Shown one piece after another: positions 34,620-35,713 of a stretch of DNA of 35,713 nucleotides. The stretch's first letter is position 1; each line of letters starts with the position of its first letter. The notes below the pieces were generated by a model. It was not told the origin of the DNA, did not search any database, and saw nothing but the letters and a program-made list of their open reading frames with translations. Position numbers and translations under genes: made by a program. The DNA is from Octopus bimaculoides (lineage: Eukaryota): NCBI RefSeq assembly GCF_001194135.2, contig NC_068985.1, positions 30,021,934 to 30,057,646 of the forward strand, written 5' to 3'.

Positions 34620-35220
34620 AAATAGAGGCAGAAGGATACAAAGCTATGGTGGAAGGCGAAAGAATGCATGTAAGACGCCGTGAGGTGGGGGAAGAGAAGG
34701 AAAAGTTGATGGGATCGGATGGTAAGGTTGGGAGGGGTGACGATTGATGCCTGCAAGTGTGGAGTGGTGAGCGATGCGAAGGGNNNNNNNNNNNNNNNNN
34801 NNNNNNNNNNNNNNNNNNNNNNNNNNNNNNNNNNNNNNNNNNNNNNNNNNNNNNNNNNNNNNNNNNNNNNNNNNNNNNNNNNNNNNNNNNNNNNNNNNNN
34901 NNNNNNNNNNNNNNNNNNNNNNNNNNNNNNNNNNNNNNNNNNNNNNNNNNNNNNNNNNNNNNNNNNNNNNNNNNNNNNNNNNNNNNNNNNNNNNNNNNNN
35001 NNNGTAGCTGTTTAGAGCTGGAGTGCGGTAGTGGAGGGGAGGGAGTGTGAAGGGGGGGAGGGAGTGTGAAGGGGGGGAGGAAAGTTAATCGAGAGGGGAG
35101 AGCAGGAGGGGGAGAGCAGGAGGGCAGAGAGCAAGAGGGGGAAGGTGGAGTTGTAAAAAAAAAAAATAAATGGAGATGGGAGGGGTGAAGAAGAGAAAGC
35201 GGGAAGACAAGGAGATACAT
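33880..35220. repeat. Purine-rich (GA/GGA/GAAA) low-complexity tract
   Basis: Strongly purine-skewed plus strand with G-runs at 35030-35150. Confidence 0.9.
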
Positions 35221-35584
35221 ATGGCTGGGGTAAGAAGCAAAAGAAAACGAAGGCAGGGACTTTGTGAAAACTTCTAGGCTTCAGATTGTTGTCGTTTTTG
35301 TTGCTGCTGGTGTTCTTGTTTTTGTTAAGTAACCTACCCACTGCATCCCGTCAGTCTCCATCGAGCAAAGCAATGGTACGGTTGAAAGATTTGAGTATGA
35401 CCTACTGATCCCTGGCAACAGATTCACCATGCTCCATATCGTTGAGGATCATACTTTCACACACAGTTAAACAGTGACTGTAGCTGCTGGCGTTGTATAG
35501 TAACCGTCATAGATCAGCCATGATGGAAGACGCTGCAGCTGTAACTAGCTATGTCTGGTCTTTTTTTTTTTTTGCGTGTTTTCT

Positions 35585-35645
35585 TTCAATACTTACGTTT
35601 CGGTCACTGGATGACGGCCATGCTGCAGCACCACCGTTAGGGGAT
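35585..35645 (-). mobile_element. SINE/LINE-type 3' tail fragment
   Basis: Minus strand ggtggtgctgcagcatggccgtc..gaccgaaacgtaagta, the same tail as at 3140-3335 and in both CR1 copies. Confidence 0.7.
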
Positions 35646-35713
35646 TGACCTCTTAACATATTATCCCATATATTTTCGTTCAGAGATGTCTAATATATAT
35701 ATATATATATATA

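Larger units (their letters stand above)
952..35003. other. Seven assembly gaps (952-1317, 3653-4023, 15498-16107, 18458-18581, 26754-27342, 31698-31864, 34784-35003)
   Basis: Runs of N, most flanked on at least one side by simple repeats, typical of a short-read draft assembly. Confidence 0.99.

Noticed and set aside
253-35341. Most long ORFs in the supplied track (poly-CV, YI, HT, LS and X-filled frames)
   Set aside because: They are translations of microsatellites, low-complexity tracts and N-gaps, not genes.

Overview
Eukaryotic, AT-rich, microsatellite-dense scaffold with seven N-gaps. The SINE families and repeat style best fit a cephalopod (Octopus-like) draft genome; this is recognition, not a database result. 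No intact host gene is supportable, and most of the supplied ORF track is microsatellite or gap artefact. The complex sequence is decayed mobile DNA: a Penelope-like element (RT plus GIY-YIG), two CR1-group LINE copies, a Jockey/CR1-Zenon-like 3' end, several RTE-clade pieces including a 2.4 kb BovB-like copy, tandem RLE-type (R4/Dong-like) 3' ends, pogo/Tigger, Tc1 and hAT transposase relics, and tRNA-derived SINEs. The most interesting unexplained layer is a set of type I hammerhead-ribozyme-like motifs on both strands. Most have the loop-less, palindromic helix III of dimer-acting minimal hammerheads, and three loci sit in ~295-420 nt direct-repeat units resembling Penelope terminal repeats or non-autonomous retrozymes. 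All folds were done by eye and no activity is demonstrated.
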